A stretch of 64,000 bases of DNA from contig NC_092679.1 of NCBI RefSeq assembly GCF_964355755.1, forward strand, positions 4,804,201 through 4,868,200, written 5' to 3'. Source of the stretch: Antedon mediterranea. Its lineage: Eukaryota > Animalia > Echinodermata. This document shows, in pieces, positions 46,469 through 61,000 of the stretch. Under the pieces are notes generated by a model. That model had not been told where the DNA came from and ran no database searches. It worked only from the letters and a program-made list of their open reading frames with translations. Position numbers and translations under genes: made by a program. Numbering within the stretch: position 1 is the stretch's first letter; each line of letters opens with the position of its first letter.

Positions 46469-49400
46469 CTCTAGTAGCTAGATCAACTTGCGTATGCACT
46501 TTGAGGTCCAGAGAATTTGACTTCAGAAATTGGTTTAGGGTGGTCAAACAATCATTTTTGGCTTGGTTACACATTTTGAAAATGTGGCGAAAGGTCAAAA
46601 GGTCAGGGTGAAAGGTCATAAGACCAAACACCAATATGTCCTTAAATCTCAACAACCACTGGTCACAGCGAAGTAATTTTGGTCTCAAATTGATCAGAAG
46701 GTATACATTTATATTCAGTCTAATGGGACATTTTAGTCAAAAATAACCGGAAATGCCATTTCTGCCACACCTCAGGGCATGTATGTATCTCCGTAACTAC
46801 TGATTGTAGACACTTAAATTTGGTCTTAAATTGTTTGAAATAAATATTTATTATTTGTAGCACATTTTTAAAAATGTTACAAAAGGTCAAAGGGTCAAGG
46901 TCAAAGGTTATATGAACAAATGAAAATAGATACTTGTATCTCGGCAACCACTCGTCGCAGCAAGTCAATTTTAGTCTCAAAATGTTCAAAAGGCATGCTT
47001 TCATATTCAATCTAATGGGATATTTTAGTCAAAAATGATCAGAAATGCCATTTCTGACCTTTGACCCACATATCATGGCATCTTCATATCTCTGTAAGTA
47101 CTGGTCGTAGAAACTTAAATTTGGTATCAAATTGTTCGAAATATACATATTTACATTCATTGTAATAGAAAATGTGGTTAAAAGATGAACAGAAATACTA
47201 TTACTAATGTTTCAAACAAAAAACATATCTCTACATAACTTATCCTTAGACAGTAATGTTATGCAATATGATACTTTAAATTGTTTCAATTTCAAGTACT
47301 AGTTATTGCTGTCCCCAAGAACATTTTGATAGAAACGTCAAACTCAACAGTTCTTTTCAGAATGCTATAGAAGTAACATGCCATGTGTATCCGATTAAAC
47401 TCCCCGGGCATTTATTGTTCAAAGTGGTTTTTAGGGGCAGGGGAGGCATCTTTATTTGTGGTATTATATCGTAATATGTATAATCAAATAAATACCACCT
47501 AGATGTAAAAAAAAATACAGCACAATTAATATCAAAAAGTGAAAAAAATGCTTGGTAAATTGTAGATTATGGTAGTTAATGTAATGTGTTGTGATACAAT
47601 TATTGTGTAAATGCATGTGGCGGGCGTATTCCACATGGTGTTCTATTAGAGGGAATGGTGGCGTTTATTTGAGAGAGGCTTTTATTCAAAGCGGGTGTTA
47701 ATTCGAATAAATACTCTAATTTTAATAATTATGATTCGTTTCTCAACTGATAAAAGGTACTTTACATGATTCGTTTTCTTCTTTATGCTTTTTAACGAAA
47801 TGTTTCTGTCTTTTAGAATAAAAGTGACACTGTCATAGATAACATTAAATGGATGTTCTCTTCCAGGTGCCAGTATAATGATATAAAACAATGACATATC
47901 ATTATCCTGACACAATTGCACTCATAATGGATCTTCATTCTATCATCTGTTTGTTTGTGACTACAATTTGACAACAATCTTTTGCATATTTTTAAATGCC
48001 AATACATAGCTTCATTACTATTGTACAATATGTCCAGCTTTCCTGAAAACACCCTTGTGTACTGTAGTATAGTGTTGTAGTATGATTTTATCATGATAAC
48101 TTCTGATGCTTTTATTGTCAATGAATTCAGTACCTAAAACATGTCAACGTTTCTAGTGGTATTGATAATAAATCTCCAGAAACATATATTGTTTTATTAT
48201 CTACACTGGGAACAGACATGTATAATATACACCGACAAAACTTATACATATTATGTATAAGTTTTGTCGGTAAAATTCAAAAATATTATGAATGCAACAG
48301 TGTTACGGAATAATGACAATGAATTGGTCTATTATAGTTGTCTGTGATACCTTTTATTACATGATTGTACTTGCAACAGGATAGAATGAGGTTTAATCCA
48401 GTTATTATTCTTATTATATTAATTTTTTTTTTTCTGGGGTGTATTTATTTGATTATACATGTTACCATTATTACACCCAAACAAAATAAACGCCTTCACT
48501 GAATAACTAAATGCCCGGACCTTTTATTCGGGTAACTATAGTAAGTTACTTCTAGCATTCTTAACTGTTGAGCTCGAGTATTTATTCGAATTAACACCCG
48601 CTTTGAATAAAAGCCTCCATTCCCTCCAATAGAACATCATGTGGAATAAACGCTCCGCCACATGCATTTACAAAATAATTGTATCACAACACATTTCATT
48701 AATTACCATAATCTACAATTTACCAAGCATTTTGACATAATGTTATAATTTTTTTATATTTATTGTGCTGTATTTTTTTACATCTAGGTGGTATTTATTT
48801 GATTATACATGTTACCATATTATACCCCAAGTAAAGATGCCTCTCCCCTCCCCCTAAAAACCCCTTTGAACAATAAATGCCCGGGGCGTTTAATCGGATA
48901 CACATGGCAAGTTACTTCTAGCATTCTGAAAAGAACTGTTGAGCTTGACGTTTATATCAAAATGTTCTCGTGGACAGCAATAACTAGTAGGCCTACTTGA
49001 AATTGAAACAATTTAAAGTATCATATTGCATAACATTACTGTCTAAGGATAAGTTGTGTAGAGATATGTTTTTTGTTTGAAACATTGTAATAGTATTTTC
49101 TGTTCATCTTTTAACCACATTTTCTATTACAATGAATGTAAATATGTATATTTCGAACAATTTGATACCAAATTTAAGTTTCTACAACCAGTACTTACAG
49201 AGATATGAAGATGCCCTGGTATGTGGGTCAAAGGTCAGAAATGGCATTTCTGATCATTTTTTACTAAAATGCCCCATTAGACGGAATATAAATGCATGCC
49301 TTCTGAACATTTTGAGACCAAAATTGACTTGCTGCGACCAGTGGTTGCCGAGATACAAGTACCTTTATTTATTTGTTTATATAACCCTTGACCCTGACCC

Positions 49401-49833
49401 TTTGACCTTTTGTAACATTTTTCAAAATGTTTTTCAAATAACAAAATATATATTTCGAACAATTTAAAACCAAATTCAAGTGTCTACGACCAGTAGTTAC
49501 GGAGATAAATACATGCCCTGGGTTGTAGGTCAAAGGTCAGAAATGGCATTTCCGGTCATTTTAAACTAAAATGTCCCATTAGACTGAATATAAATGTATA
49601 CATTCTGATCAATTTGAGACCAAAATTACTTCGCTGTGACCAGTGGTTGTTCAGATTTAAGGACATATTGGTGTTTGGTCTTATGACCTTTCACCCTGAC
49701 CTTTTGACCTTTCGCCACATTTTCAAAATGTGTAACCAAGCCAAAAATGATTGTTTGACCACCCTAAACCAATTTCTGAAGTCAAATTCTCTGGACCTCA
49801 AAGTGCATACGAAAGTTGATCTAGCTACTAGAG
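46469..49833. mobile_element. 3.4-kb foldback element with ~1.25-kb inverted arms, nested in the Helitron
   Basis: 46469-47716 is the reverse complement of 48576-49833 (mirror ORFs 46434-46688 / 49614-49847); TA flanks both ends. Confidence 0.88.
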
Positions 49834-50944
49834 TAATAAGAATGTAAAGATACATAAATAGTAGAAGTTCTGCATATTAATAATACAATTAGTTCTATTT
49901 CATCATGTCGCCCTCTCGAAATAAAAAAAATTATTGGTCTCTTACGCAGTCGTCATGTGTTTTATTTTATAAGGAAATTTAAAGTAATAAATTATAGTTT
50001 ATACACAGCACAAGTACTTTCTTTTAACTAAGGATGTGGTATATAAATGTGGGTAGATTTCAGAGTAATAGAAGTGTTAGGATGAATGGTATATTGCTTT
50101 TACAGGTAATTAAAACGGAATGTTAGTCAAGGGAGACACTTTATCAAAGTTCCAACCACAGTAATTGACAATGTATTTCTATAGACCAACGGGTATATCT
50201 AATAGTGGAACCACAAAAATGTAGGATAGGCTAATTTCTAATTGGCAACCAATGGGAATTCAGTGTGTTTTCAGTTGTTTACTAAGAAAGATGCATACTA
50301 GCACACTTCATTGTTAAATTAGCCGTTCGGTAGTTGTACAAACATTTCAATCTTTCCCACCCAGCCATCCCCCGGCATCATCCAACACCTATTAACTCAA
50401 CACAGGCGCTACTCATATGTTACTCATGTTATTCGCTAATTTGGCTGGTATAATTCTGGGGAATTATTTTGCCCCCAAATTCCACAACTTACCTAACGGA
50501 TGTCACTTACATCCTTACCGATATACTTAATAACAACCATTTGATTTACTGGCTCCTGTGACAACACACTGGACCTTTCATACAGCGATGTCATATGAGT
50601 GGTAGCCCCCAAGAGGCCAAAATGTAGTTTATTATTAAGCTTTAGTAGTTTTTAGCATTGCTTGTACAGTATCAGTAGAAATAAATATTATGTATTGTTA
50701 AATATGTATACTCTGAATAAACTTGGAAGCTTAACCTATTTGTGTTGTGTGTAAAGTACTTATTTATTTGTTTGATGCCCTGAATTTTGAGACAACAGGA
50801 TAATAATCGATTACAATATAATAAAATCAGTAATAAAATGGTAACTGGAAAACGTCTACATTATATATATTTTGCCGTGAGGAAAGTTTTAAAATACATT
50901 ATAAAAAAAAACCAACGTACTATTCATTACTTTTGTTTTTATTA

Positions 50945-51123
50945 AGCTTGGTTCCCACTAGAACGTAACGCAAGGACGTAAACGCAACGCAAGCGTTTTA
51001 ACCAATGACAAGCGAAGTTATAGAAAGTTAGCAATCACAAGCGAATAAGCCATCGCTTGTGATTGGTCAATTCACTTTCGTTGCGTTACGTCCTTGCGTT
51101 GCGTCGCTAGTGGGAACCACGCT
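50945..51123. mobile_element. Harbinger-type MITE, same family as 27686-27864, inverted
   Basis: TIRs and TTA duplication; nearly identical sequence in reverse orientation. Confidence 0.88.
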
Positions 51124-51135
51124 TTAGGCCTACTG

Positions 51136-51370
51136 TTATGCTGCAGGATATACAATGTTTTTTAGTTTGTTGTCTTGGCATAGTATATAATTATAATGAT
51201 TTTGATGATCCAACTTTGGAACATATTGACCATGTGAAAAACATGGCGAGGTTAAATTCAGTCCTTCTATGGTGAGAGATTGTCCCCGAGATTTGTTGAT
51301 CGTCATACTGCTGAAGCACAGGCGGACTGGAAATTGTAGACGCCGAAACTCGCTCAAACGGAAGATCGTC
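51136..51370 (-). pseudogene. Helitron RepHel C-terminal (Pif1-like helicase) fragment
   Basis: FRRLQFPVRLCFSSMTINKSRGQSL..CFSHGQY..KNIVY, a degenerate form of QFPVRLAFAMTINKSQGQSL..FSHGQLYV. Confidence 0.88.
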
Positions 51371-54300
51371 TATATATAAATTTACGTATGGGAAAAATTC
51401 GGTAAATCGCGCGTTATTTCTAGAATGTTTACTCGATGGTAGAATCTCGGTACTGATTTTAACCACCTGATGTAACCCTGTTTACTAATTAAATTTAGTT
51501 AGATAATTAGTTATTGACAATTAAAACGAGTTTAGGTTCAACGATTTGCCCCAAATAGGGGTGTTTTCCAATCGTGGTATACACTGTCTAATGGATGTCC
51601 TCATGAAAAATACCTGCACACAATAATACGAGGATACTTCGCATTTTCCTATCTCCTCCTACGATAATTGTTTTTAATAGCTTAAAACCGATTGAACAGC
51701 TCGAGTACAGTATCATAATGTTAAAGACGGGCCGATTTTCTTTAAAAAATACTATTTTGATAGATTTAATATACGTTTATACAAATGTATTGATTTGCGA
51801 TGAATGGAACATTCCAAATTATTTTGTTTAACAGGAGAGACACATTAAAAGGTATATAATGAAATGTAATATAGGATTAATAAAATGACTACCTTATACA
51901 CTAATAATATGCTGGTAATGATTGGGGTAAAGACAATAGTTAACTGTGTAGGAATACTTACAGTGAATAAAATGTAAAACCGCGTATTTCAGTGTCTATC
52001 CTAATCTCGGCGTAACAGGAAAGGCACACTAAAAAGGTATAAAAACGTATAGGATTAATATAATGACTACCTTACACTAATTATGTAAGGTAGGCCCCTA
52101 ATAGGTAGGTAATAACATGTAAAACACTGGAATGTAGAACAAATGTTACGGTAGTCGTTATACATACAAATAATTCGAATTTTAATAAACAGACGGTGTA
52201 GGAATGTAACACACTGGACTGTAGCAACATACCGAACCGTAAATACGACTCACCTCTCTCAACCGGTAGTAATAAATGGTGATATTTTCGCGGTTACTGC
52301 TTTATAGTCTCGAATAAGCCCTCTGGAAATACCACATTTGATAGCTTTTTGATCCAGAGGTAATTTTTGTAATATTATAATAATAATTCAGTAAATATTT
52401 GGTTTACCAACTTTTTATATAGCACATGACCATCTCCGTTGCAAGATTGATTGCAGTAATCACACCGATCGGAGGTTGTACCGTGGCGTGCATAGAGGAC
52501 AAACTTTTGTGTTTGCCTTTTATATATATATAGATAGTGAGATAACTTATGTCAACCGAACATATAAGTACAGTATTTATTATACACATTTTTAAAGATA
52601 TTTAATTCTTTGTATGCATCTCGTTATGGACAGCCTTTCGAATGTTATTTTTTGTTATAACATTTAGGTAATCCTGCCTCATTGATCTACATTTGTTCTG
52701 TTTGCTTGTATTGTTATATGTTTAGTGAAATATATGATATGATATATGAAATGTATTTTAAGAATATTACCCAGATACTTTACTGAATAAATAGCAACAA
52801 TTACAGAAAAGCTATCATTCTTTTTTTATTATTCAGTATTTTTGTTACAGAAAAGCACATTTTATTCATTTCAAGACATTAAAACAAATATTGGGTAAAC
52901 GAAATCCAAACACTATCGAAAGATAAAAAAGGTAAAAATGAGGAGATATCACAAATCAAAAGGAATACATTTAGAATTTCTGTAATAAATGGACATCATT
53001 GAAATACATCGTGGTGGTCATAGTTGTTTTTCCATCAATAACATTTCTTGACTATTCATTATTAAATCATTACGACCGTATCAAGGAAATCATTATTTAT
53101 ATGTCTTTCTATGGAGTCAATGGTGACCAATTTAGTCTTTTACTAGAGGAAAAAATCAGACTTACAGGCCCTATTCCTAAATAGTAATGAAATATGAAGT
53201 GAACAATCTTTTATGGCGGCCGTACTAAAAGTAAACAAGTACCAACAGATTAATTCAATAAAAATAGTGCAGTAGTAAATGAAGTTCGTTTTAATTATTC
53301 TTTCCAAGAAAAGCAGATATTTGTATAGGCCTAGAGAGATAAACTCAGAGATAAGAACATTATTTTAGAAAGTAAATTAAGTAAGTAAATTTACAACAAC
53401 ATTAATATCCTGAATCCGACAAATTCGCTTCATAGTTCAGTTGAACCAAAATGCAACTTAGCTTTAATTAGATTGGTGGAAATAGCAAAAAAATAGCCTT
53501 TGAGTCAACAAACAAATGGCAAAAGTTTGTTTTATTCTTGAAATATGTTCAAAATATATTAGAGAATGCTGTATTCAAAATCTACCTTGATCTGCCCAGT
53601 ATAAGTGACCTAATTTGCATAACATAAAAATGATATAATAACAATAACAGTTGCAAATTACTAGTTTTGTTAAAGTATACTTAGTAAGTATCATAATGAC
53701 AGGTCCAGTTCCTCTCCCTTACTTACTGTATTCATTGTATTCTAGGATTCTGGATTGAAGCATCATTTTGCTAATAAAAGCGGATGTAAATAATATATGA
53801 ATAAAAACTGTACCTATTTTTAATGGCTGGATTATCTCAAACTGAAAAATTTAGGGTGTTACGAAAGTCTATATTTTTTAGGTATTTCTATATTTTCAAG
53901 GCATTTGTTGTGTAATATTACTTTTTCCAAAAAAAATGTAAGCATTTCATAATGTATAGGATTGAGTTATGACTGTTAAACATTTGGTTGCTGTTGGAAC
54001 CACATGAACTCATTTTTACAGTTACAAATTTGTTTTGAAGGAGGTAAAGATATATTTTTCTCACTTTCAGATAATTTTAGTTTAAATACTTCAAACAACC
54101 AGCCAGGATTTATTGCTTTTTTTTTATATCTGTGTTTAGTACACATTCTTATACCAAATTCTTTATGGTTTAAAAGATAATTGCGGTCAAAGTTGTCAAA
54201 TGCAGTCATTTTGATTTTTTACAAATTAGGTCATTTAAAATGGGCAGATCAGGATAGATTTTGGATATAATTAAATATGTATATAATTGAGCATGTTTCA

Positions 54301-55067
54301 GCAAAAAAGTAACTTTTGCAATTTGTTTGACTCTAAATGCAGTATTTAAAAAATGATAACCAGATAATGGCTTTCTAAATACATAGTAAATTTACATTTG
54401 AATGGCAGAATGTCTTATCTTGTACTCTCGTTTGTCAGTGTAAATTGTGCTTTCAATGAGTTTCTTATTCTAAACAATAAAACTATCCTAAACCCCTTTT
54501 CCGACTATTCATTTGATAACCATTAGGGGACATAATATGTGTGATATATAGTCATCCATTACCAACATAAAAATTGACTTATTGTCGACGGCTGCATTAT
54601 AAAACATCAGTGTGTACTTAGAGAGTAGCTAGGCGTAAACAAATGAAGTGGGGTTTTGGCAATTTAGTGAAGGTTATTTTGTTTTTTATTACTCAGTGTC
54701 AGTGTAAATTGTGCTTTCAATGAGTTTCTTATTCTAAACAATAAAACTATCCTTGTAATAACCAAATCCCCTTGTCCGAGTATTCATTTGACAACCATTA
54801 GGGAACATAATTTATATGATATCTAGTGATTAAAAAATGGAAATTGACTTTTTGTTGATACTGGTTGGTTGGTTCTAATATTTTACTTCATTTTAATAAG
54901 AAACGGTTGCATCAGTTGTGTGTATTTAGAGAGTAGACGTAAACAAATGAAGTGGGTTTTGGCAATTTAGTGAACGTTATTTTGTTTTTTTATTACTCCT
55001 ATGTAGTAAACCCAGATGTAGGCATACGGATGCTGGTAGATTTATTTTGTACACGTCTGACGTCATA

Positions 55068-58000
55068 ATGTTGAGATTTGTTTTTTATTTCGTCGGCCTA
55101 TATTATGCCATTGGTAAGTGTATTAATAATAATTTCTAGTTTTCAGGATTCATAACATTTAAAACTAACATAAAAGTTTAACATTAAACAATTCTCTCAC
55201 ATAGGCTACGACCACAAATATACATAAGAAGCTACTTTGGTAATTTTTAATGTCTTTCTTTTTTTTCCAAAGGCAATGAATGTAAGCCCGGACAATATCA
55301 ATGTCGGATGGGAAACTGCATAGACAAAGGTCGTATATGTGCTACTGACGAGACTTGTAATTCTGAAATTAACTGTTGTGAGTGTTGGGATAAGTATACG
55401 AATTTAGAACGAAGGTATAAGTTTAAGGTTTAGAACATTGCCACTTACTGCATGATTATGACAATTGTGTTGATCACAAATGAATGAAATATCCACACTT
55501 TCAGAAAGTGTTTTTACTTTTTTAGGAATCGCGCCATGTTGTACCACAAAATATTATTTTAAACAATCTTCACACTTGCTTTTAGTAATCCTATTATACA
55601 AATTGTTTGCTCTGATTTGCGCAGAATCGTGGAGAAGCCGCAGTCGCTGTTAGATAATCATGACTATAATATTATATTGCATAACAATTTTTGTTACAGG
55701 GCAGCATGTTTGTAATGATGAACAATTCCAATGTTTAAGTGGTGGATGTACACCCAAGGCCTACGTATGCGATGGATATGAAAGTTGTAACGATGGATCG
55801 GATGAATTCATGTGCAGTAGGTGTAGTTATTTTGTCTAAGAAGGAGGGTTGTCGATGTTTGTAATTAACCAGGGCCGTATACTAGGCCTAAGCTTGGATG
55901 ATCAATCTCTTGTGATTGGTCAAATTACTCATGTCATTGCGTTGCGTTCTAATTTTAAGCTTGTGCCATGTGGAAAACAATAATTGATTGATTATGTAAT
56001 GATAAGATAAGGTAAATTAACGGCTTAATGAGTCCGCTCTTTTAAAAACTGGTAAGTGTGAGTTGCTACGATCTTTCTCCTTTTTTTAATGTGTACGATA
56101 CTTAACGTATTTAGATATTCATTCGTTTAGATACTGACAATCGTTATTCTTAGGGGAAAATAACTTAACTTATAAAACTAACTTATACAATTATTCAATT
56201 CCTTCGGTTTTATAGATGTTCATGAATGTAATGCATATCAATTTCGATGTGATTCTATATGTATTCCAGTATACATTGTGTGTAATGGCTTTCCTGATTG
56301 TTGGGATTTTTCAGATGAGGAGAATTGCCGTAAGTTCATTTCCAATTAATTGTGGCATCCCTCAAATAACGGCCTATGGTAATAAAGCTTTGTTTCCTTG
56401 CCCTTTGTCTTAATGTCAATGTATCGATATTGTAAAATCGTATAAAAATAGACATTTTAGGAGATGTTTTATTTATACTCTAGTATAAGACAAGTGATCT
56501 CGAGTTCAGGAGGCTCATCCATCCGACGTAGAATAGTGGATGTTCTTATGTCAAATACGACAGAACATCAGACCAATTAGTATTGGAATTATTACTTTCA
56601 AATCGATTTTTATATGACATTCCGAATAAAATATTTTCTTCCCAATGTTTGTAGTCCAACCAACAAATAAATCGTTTTTATTGGTGAAACAATTTTAAAA
56701 CAGTTTATTTTTTTCTTCAATTTTGCAGCTGATGATGAATGTAACGAGTTCCAATTTCGATGTCTAAGTGGACAATGTGTTGGAGAAGTTTATGTATGTG
56801 ATTTTTTCCATGATTGTAGAGATTCTTCAGATGAGCTGAATTGTTGTAAGTTCATTATATCATTTGAAAATACTTCAGTAAATTTATAAAGAATTTGAAA
56901 TTGGTTTTATGGAGCGGAAGCTGTACAATATGTTGTATAGTGGTCCACCCGTTTGTGCAGTTTACGTCTAGGCCTACTTAATCACGTCAATTACGATGAA
57001 AAATTAAAAAAAATCAGTTATTTGATTAAACCTATTTATATTGGTCGCATTGTAACTCTAAACTAGTCCACATTACTGGCATAAATAACATTATACAAGT
57101 CTTATCTTTGTAGATGTCCATGACTGCAGTGAATCTGAATTTCGATGTCTCAATGGTCAATGTATTAATGCTTTGAATAAATGTGATGACGTCATCAACT
57201 GTAATGACCATTCAGATGAGGAGAATTGTTGTAAGTTGATATTTGGAACACTGTATTAGTTAAAATTACGCTCTCTTAGCAATGTGTCACAAAACCTCGT
57301 GCAAACGTAAGTAAATTATCTCGCCTAAGGATACAAGCAATGCGACAATTGGATTCAAACGTCGAACTCACGACCAACACACTGCGCCCTTAGTCGTGCA
57401 TTATGACATTCAGTAAAACATATTTTGATTTTTTTTTTATTCCGAAAGACAACCTCTACAGCACTAAACTAGCAGTAACGACAGGATCACGTTCAATTGA
57501 CAGTGAGTATTCGAAACAAAAAATAAATGCTACATAATAAATCTATATTATATAAATGTATTTTAATTGTCATTTTCATGACTAAATAAATCGAGTAGTT
57601 TATTAGGCCTCCTGGTTATTTTTCAGTATTATATTCTTTTTACATTTTGACAATTACACAATTATATTAACAGTATTTATTTTTCCTTAAATACCACTAC
57701 ATTTTGGGTATCTAGGACGCAACGCACAAGCATAAGCGCACTTGCGACACGATCAGTTCCACGTCCATTAACAAGAGAATATGTACATAGTACAGTACTG
57801 TTGGTATTTGTCGCAGCCAGACATAAGATCAAAAGACTGTTACAAGTTCCTATCTTGGCAAGTCAAGCTCAGTGTTCTTTTAGATTGCCTTGGGAAAACC
57901 AATCGGCGTTAAAAATCAAGTCATTTCAGAAGTACCGTCGTAACCTTAAAAAAACATACAAATATCATTATTTTTCTTTTGTGTGTAATAGGCAGTCGAT

Positions 58001-61000
58001 GTAGGCCAGACCAGTTCAGTTGTGGACATAGGAACTGTATATCTATAGGTTTGATATGTGATTCGAATATTGATTGTGGAGATGGTAGTGACGAAAGTAA
58101 CTGTGGTAAGTGATTTATCTTCGTTACGCGACTCAACGCAAGGACGTGGCAACGGTTACCGTAATTGACCAATAAGCGATAGTTCCTTCGTGAGAAAGAA
58201 GTAAAACTGGAGCACCACTCGAACAATCATGGCACCATTCCTTCTAGACATTGCAAGGTTAATGTTTGCTAAATGGAATATAAAAATTGTCAAATTATAT
58301 TACTAGCCAAAATACAAGTTTGACCGAGGTTCGACACCATGATGTCCCCCCACCCCCTTTTTTTTTTATGGATAATTGGTTGAGATACCCGTGCCGTTTT
58401 ACCCAAACGAAATTACCTCATGGAATATCCCGGATTGAATATATGTTTTTTATATAATCTTACAGCTCAACATGTTTGTAATGAGCAACAATTGACATGC
58501 GCAGTTGGATGTAAGCACAAGACGTCTGAATGTAATTTTTTTGCAGATTGCCCGGATGGAGCGGATGAGCGTAACTGTAGTAAGTTTAATTTTTGTATTA
58601 TCATATTAAGTATAGTATGAATCCTGAGAGAGATCAATGAGGTTCGGAGAAACAAGGACATGCGATCACATTCGAAAAGGGCAGTAACATGAAAAAGGGG
58701 CAGGAATAAATACGGGACATGAATGAACACGGGCAGGACTGAAAACGGGACCAGAAAATAGGCAGCAACACGGGATAAAAAAATTAACATGGGTTAGACA
58801 GGAATGAAGTGGGATAGGAATGAAGATGAGACATGAATGAACACGGGTCAGGAAACAACATGTGACAAGATTGAACACGGGGAGACCGGCGGCAGCACAC
58901 GGGGCAGGGATAATCACAAGGCAGAATAAACATGGGAAGGAATGAAGATGAGTCAGAAATGAACATGTGACAGGAATGAATATGGGTCAGGAAACAACGT
59001 GAGACAGGAATGAAAACGGGGAGATGGGTGACAGCTCGGGCAGAGATAAGCACGAGGCAGAATAAAAATGGAAAGGAATGAAGATGAATCAGGAATGAAC
59101 ATGGGTCAGGAATAAACACGTGACAGGAATTAACACTGGTCAGTGAACAACATGGGGCAGGAATAAAAACGGGGAGATGGGTGGCAGCTCGGGATAAGCA
59201 CGAAGCAGAATAAACATAGTAAGGAATGAAGATGAGACAGGAATAAAACGGGTCAACAGGAAAGAACTTGTGACAGGAATCGGGCAGAATGATCATGGTA
59301 CAGGAATGAAAACGGGCAGATGGGCAGCAGTACGGGGTAGGAATACACACGAGGCAGAATAAACATGGGACAGGAATGAACATGAGTCAGGAATGAATAC
59401 AGATCAGGAATGAATATGTGGCAAGAATGAACACGAGGCACAATAAACACGAGGCACAATAAACACGTAAACATTTGACAGAAAAAGAACACGAGACAAG
59501 AATGAACACGGGGCAAGAAGATTGGGAAGCAGTAAGTGAAAAAAGGGAGTTTGTTGTCCAATATATTAACTGTTGGCCAGGTATTATCTTATTGAATAAT
59601 ATATCTTTGAACTTTGTTAATCAATAGATTATAATGGATGTAATGAATATCAGTTCGATTGTGGATATTGCATACCTAAGGCACTGGTGTGCATAGCTCA
59701 ATGCAGTCTCGGATTGTTCTGCACCAGTGGTAAGTAGCTTTGATTACAAGCTCTTTTTTCTATTGAAATTTAAGTTGCATAGTTTGTTTACGTTGCATAG
59801 TTTGCTTCTTCTAAAAATAACTGAAAAAAAAATACACCAGTTAAAAAACCTATAGGAGGTCAAGTTAAATCAGATATAACTGTGAAACCCATCGAAGTTA
59901 TATCGGAGGTGTATCGGTATATTGAAGCTGACCAACGCAGAGGCATAAAGCGTGGTTCCCACTACAACGCAACGCAGCGATGTATCGACGCAAGGTGGTG
60001 TATTGCAAGTAATAATAATAATAATAATAACACTAACAATAATAATAATAATATTTATCTCCACAAATAATAAAGAAAAATACAGAGTAGCATAATACTG
60101 TAAATATACAACTGATAATGAACATAAATAGTATAATGCAAGAAAAGAAGTTGGTAAGTGGAAAAGGGACGCCGACCAAGAAAGAACCGACTAAGCAACA
60201 GTTTTGCAATCATCGCGCTACAGCATGGTCCACACTAGATTTCACGCAGGCGGGGGTAAACACAATTAATTAAAAGTGCATTGTCTTATGTTGCGTGGGC
60301 TGCGTTACGTTGCGTCGCTAGTGGGAACAACGCTTTAGAGAGAGACCTACAGTACAATAAAATATAGAAAACATTACATTTTTTAGGTAACTATGAGTGT
60401 AATGAATTCCAATATCGATGTACAAGTGGACAATGTATTGTTGAAAACTCAGTATGCAATAACATTAATGATTGTGAAGACAATTCAGATGAAGAAAACT
60501 GTCGTAAGCAAAAACATAGACATCATTTAATAAAGTTTCTGCTCAAATAATATCAAACCACATAATATTTTCGGAGGAGTTAGGAAAGAAGGATTACTAT
60601 ACATGATCTGAACCATAGCCATAAACCATCAGGCGTTGGTTTCAATCTAACTACTTTTTTACCGGACACAGTTATTGACACAACAAAAACACATTCTTAT
60701 TTGTGTTGTTGTATAGTACCTGTAGTAGTAATAATTCTATTATAACTCAGCTACCTTTAAATGATAAAAAAGATACAAAAATAGGACTGGACAAACTTAT
60801 TGACACAACAAAATAAGAACCCATTCTTATTTGTGTTGTCCACAAATATGTTATAACCCACGGCAACCATCTTTAAAATGATTTAAAAAAGATACAATAA
60901 CACATTGTAACATTAATGTAATTTGTTTTAGACATTTGTAAAGGTTCTAAAGAAAGAATTTACAGTAAGTTCCAAGAATTACAATCTTGCTAAATTATGG

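Larger units (their letters stand above)
46146..52534 (-). mobile_element. Non-autonomous Helitron, ~6.4 kb
   Basis: Minus-strand 5' end A|TCTATATATATATAAAAG; 3' hairpin ACCCGTC-GAA-GACGGGT then CTAG|T; internal Pif1-type helicase remnant. Confidence 0.8.

Noticed and set aside
47682-48121. Transposase remnant in the foldback spacer
   Set aside because: No motif I can recognise; needs BLASTX or HHpred.
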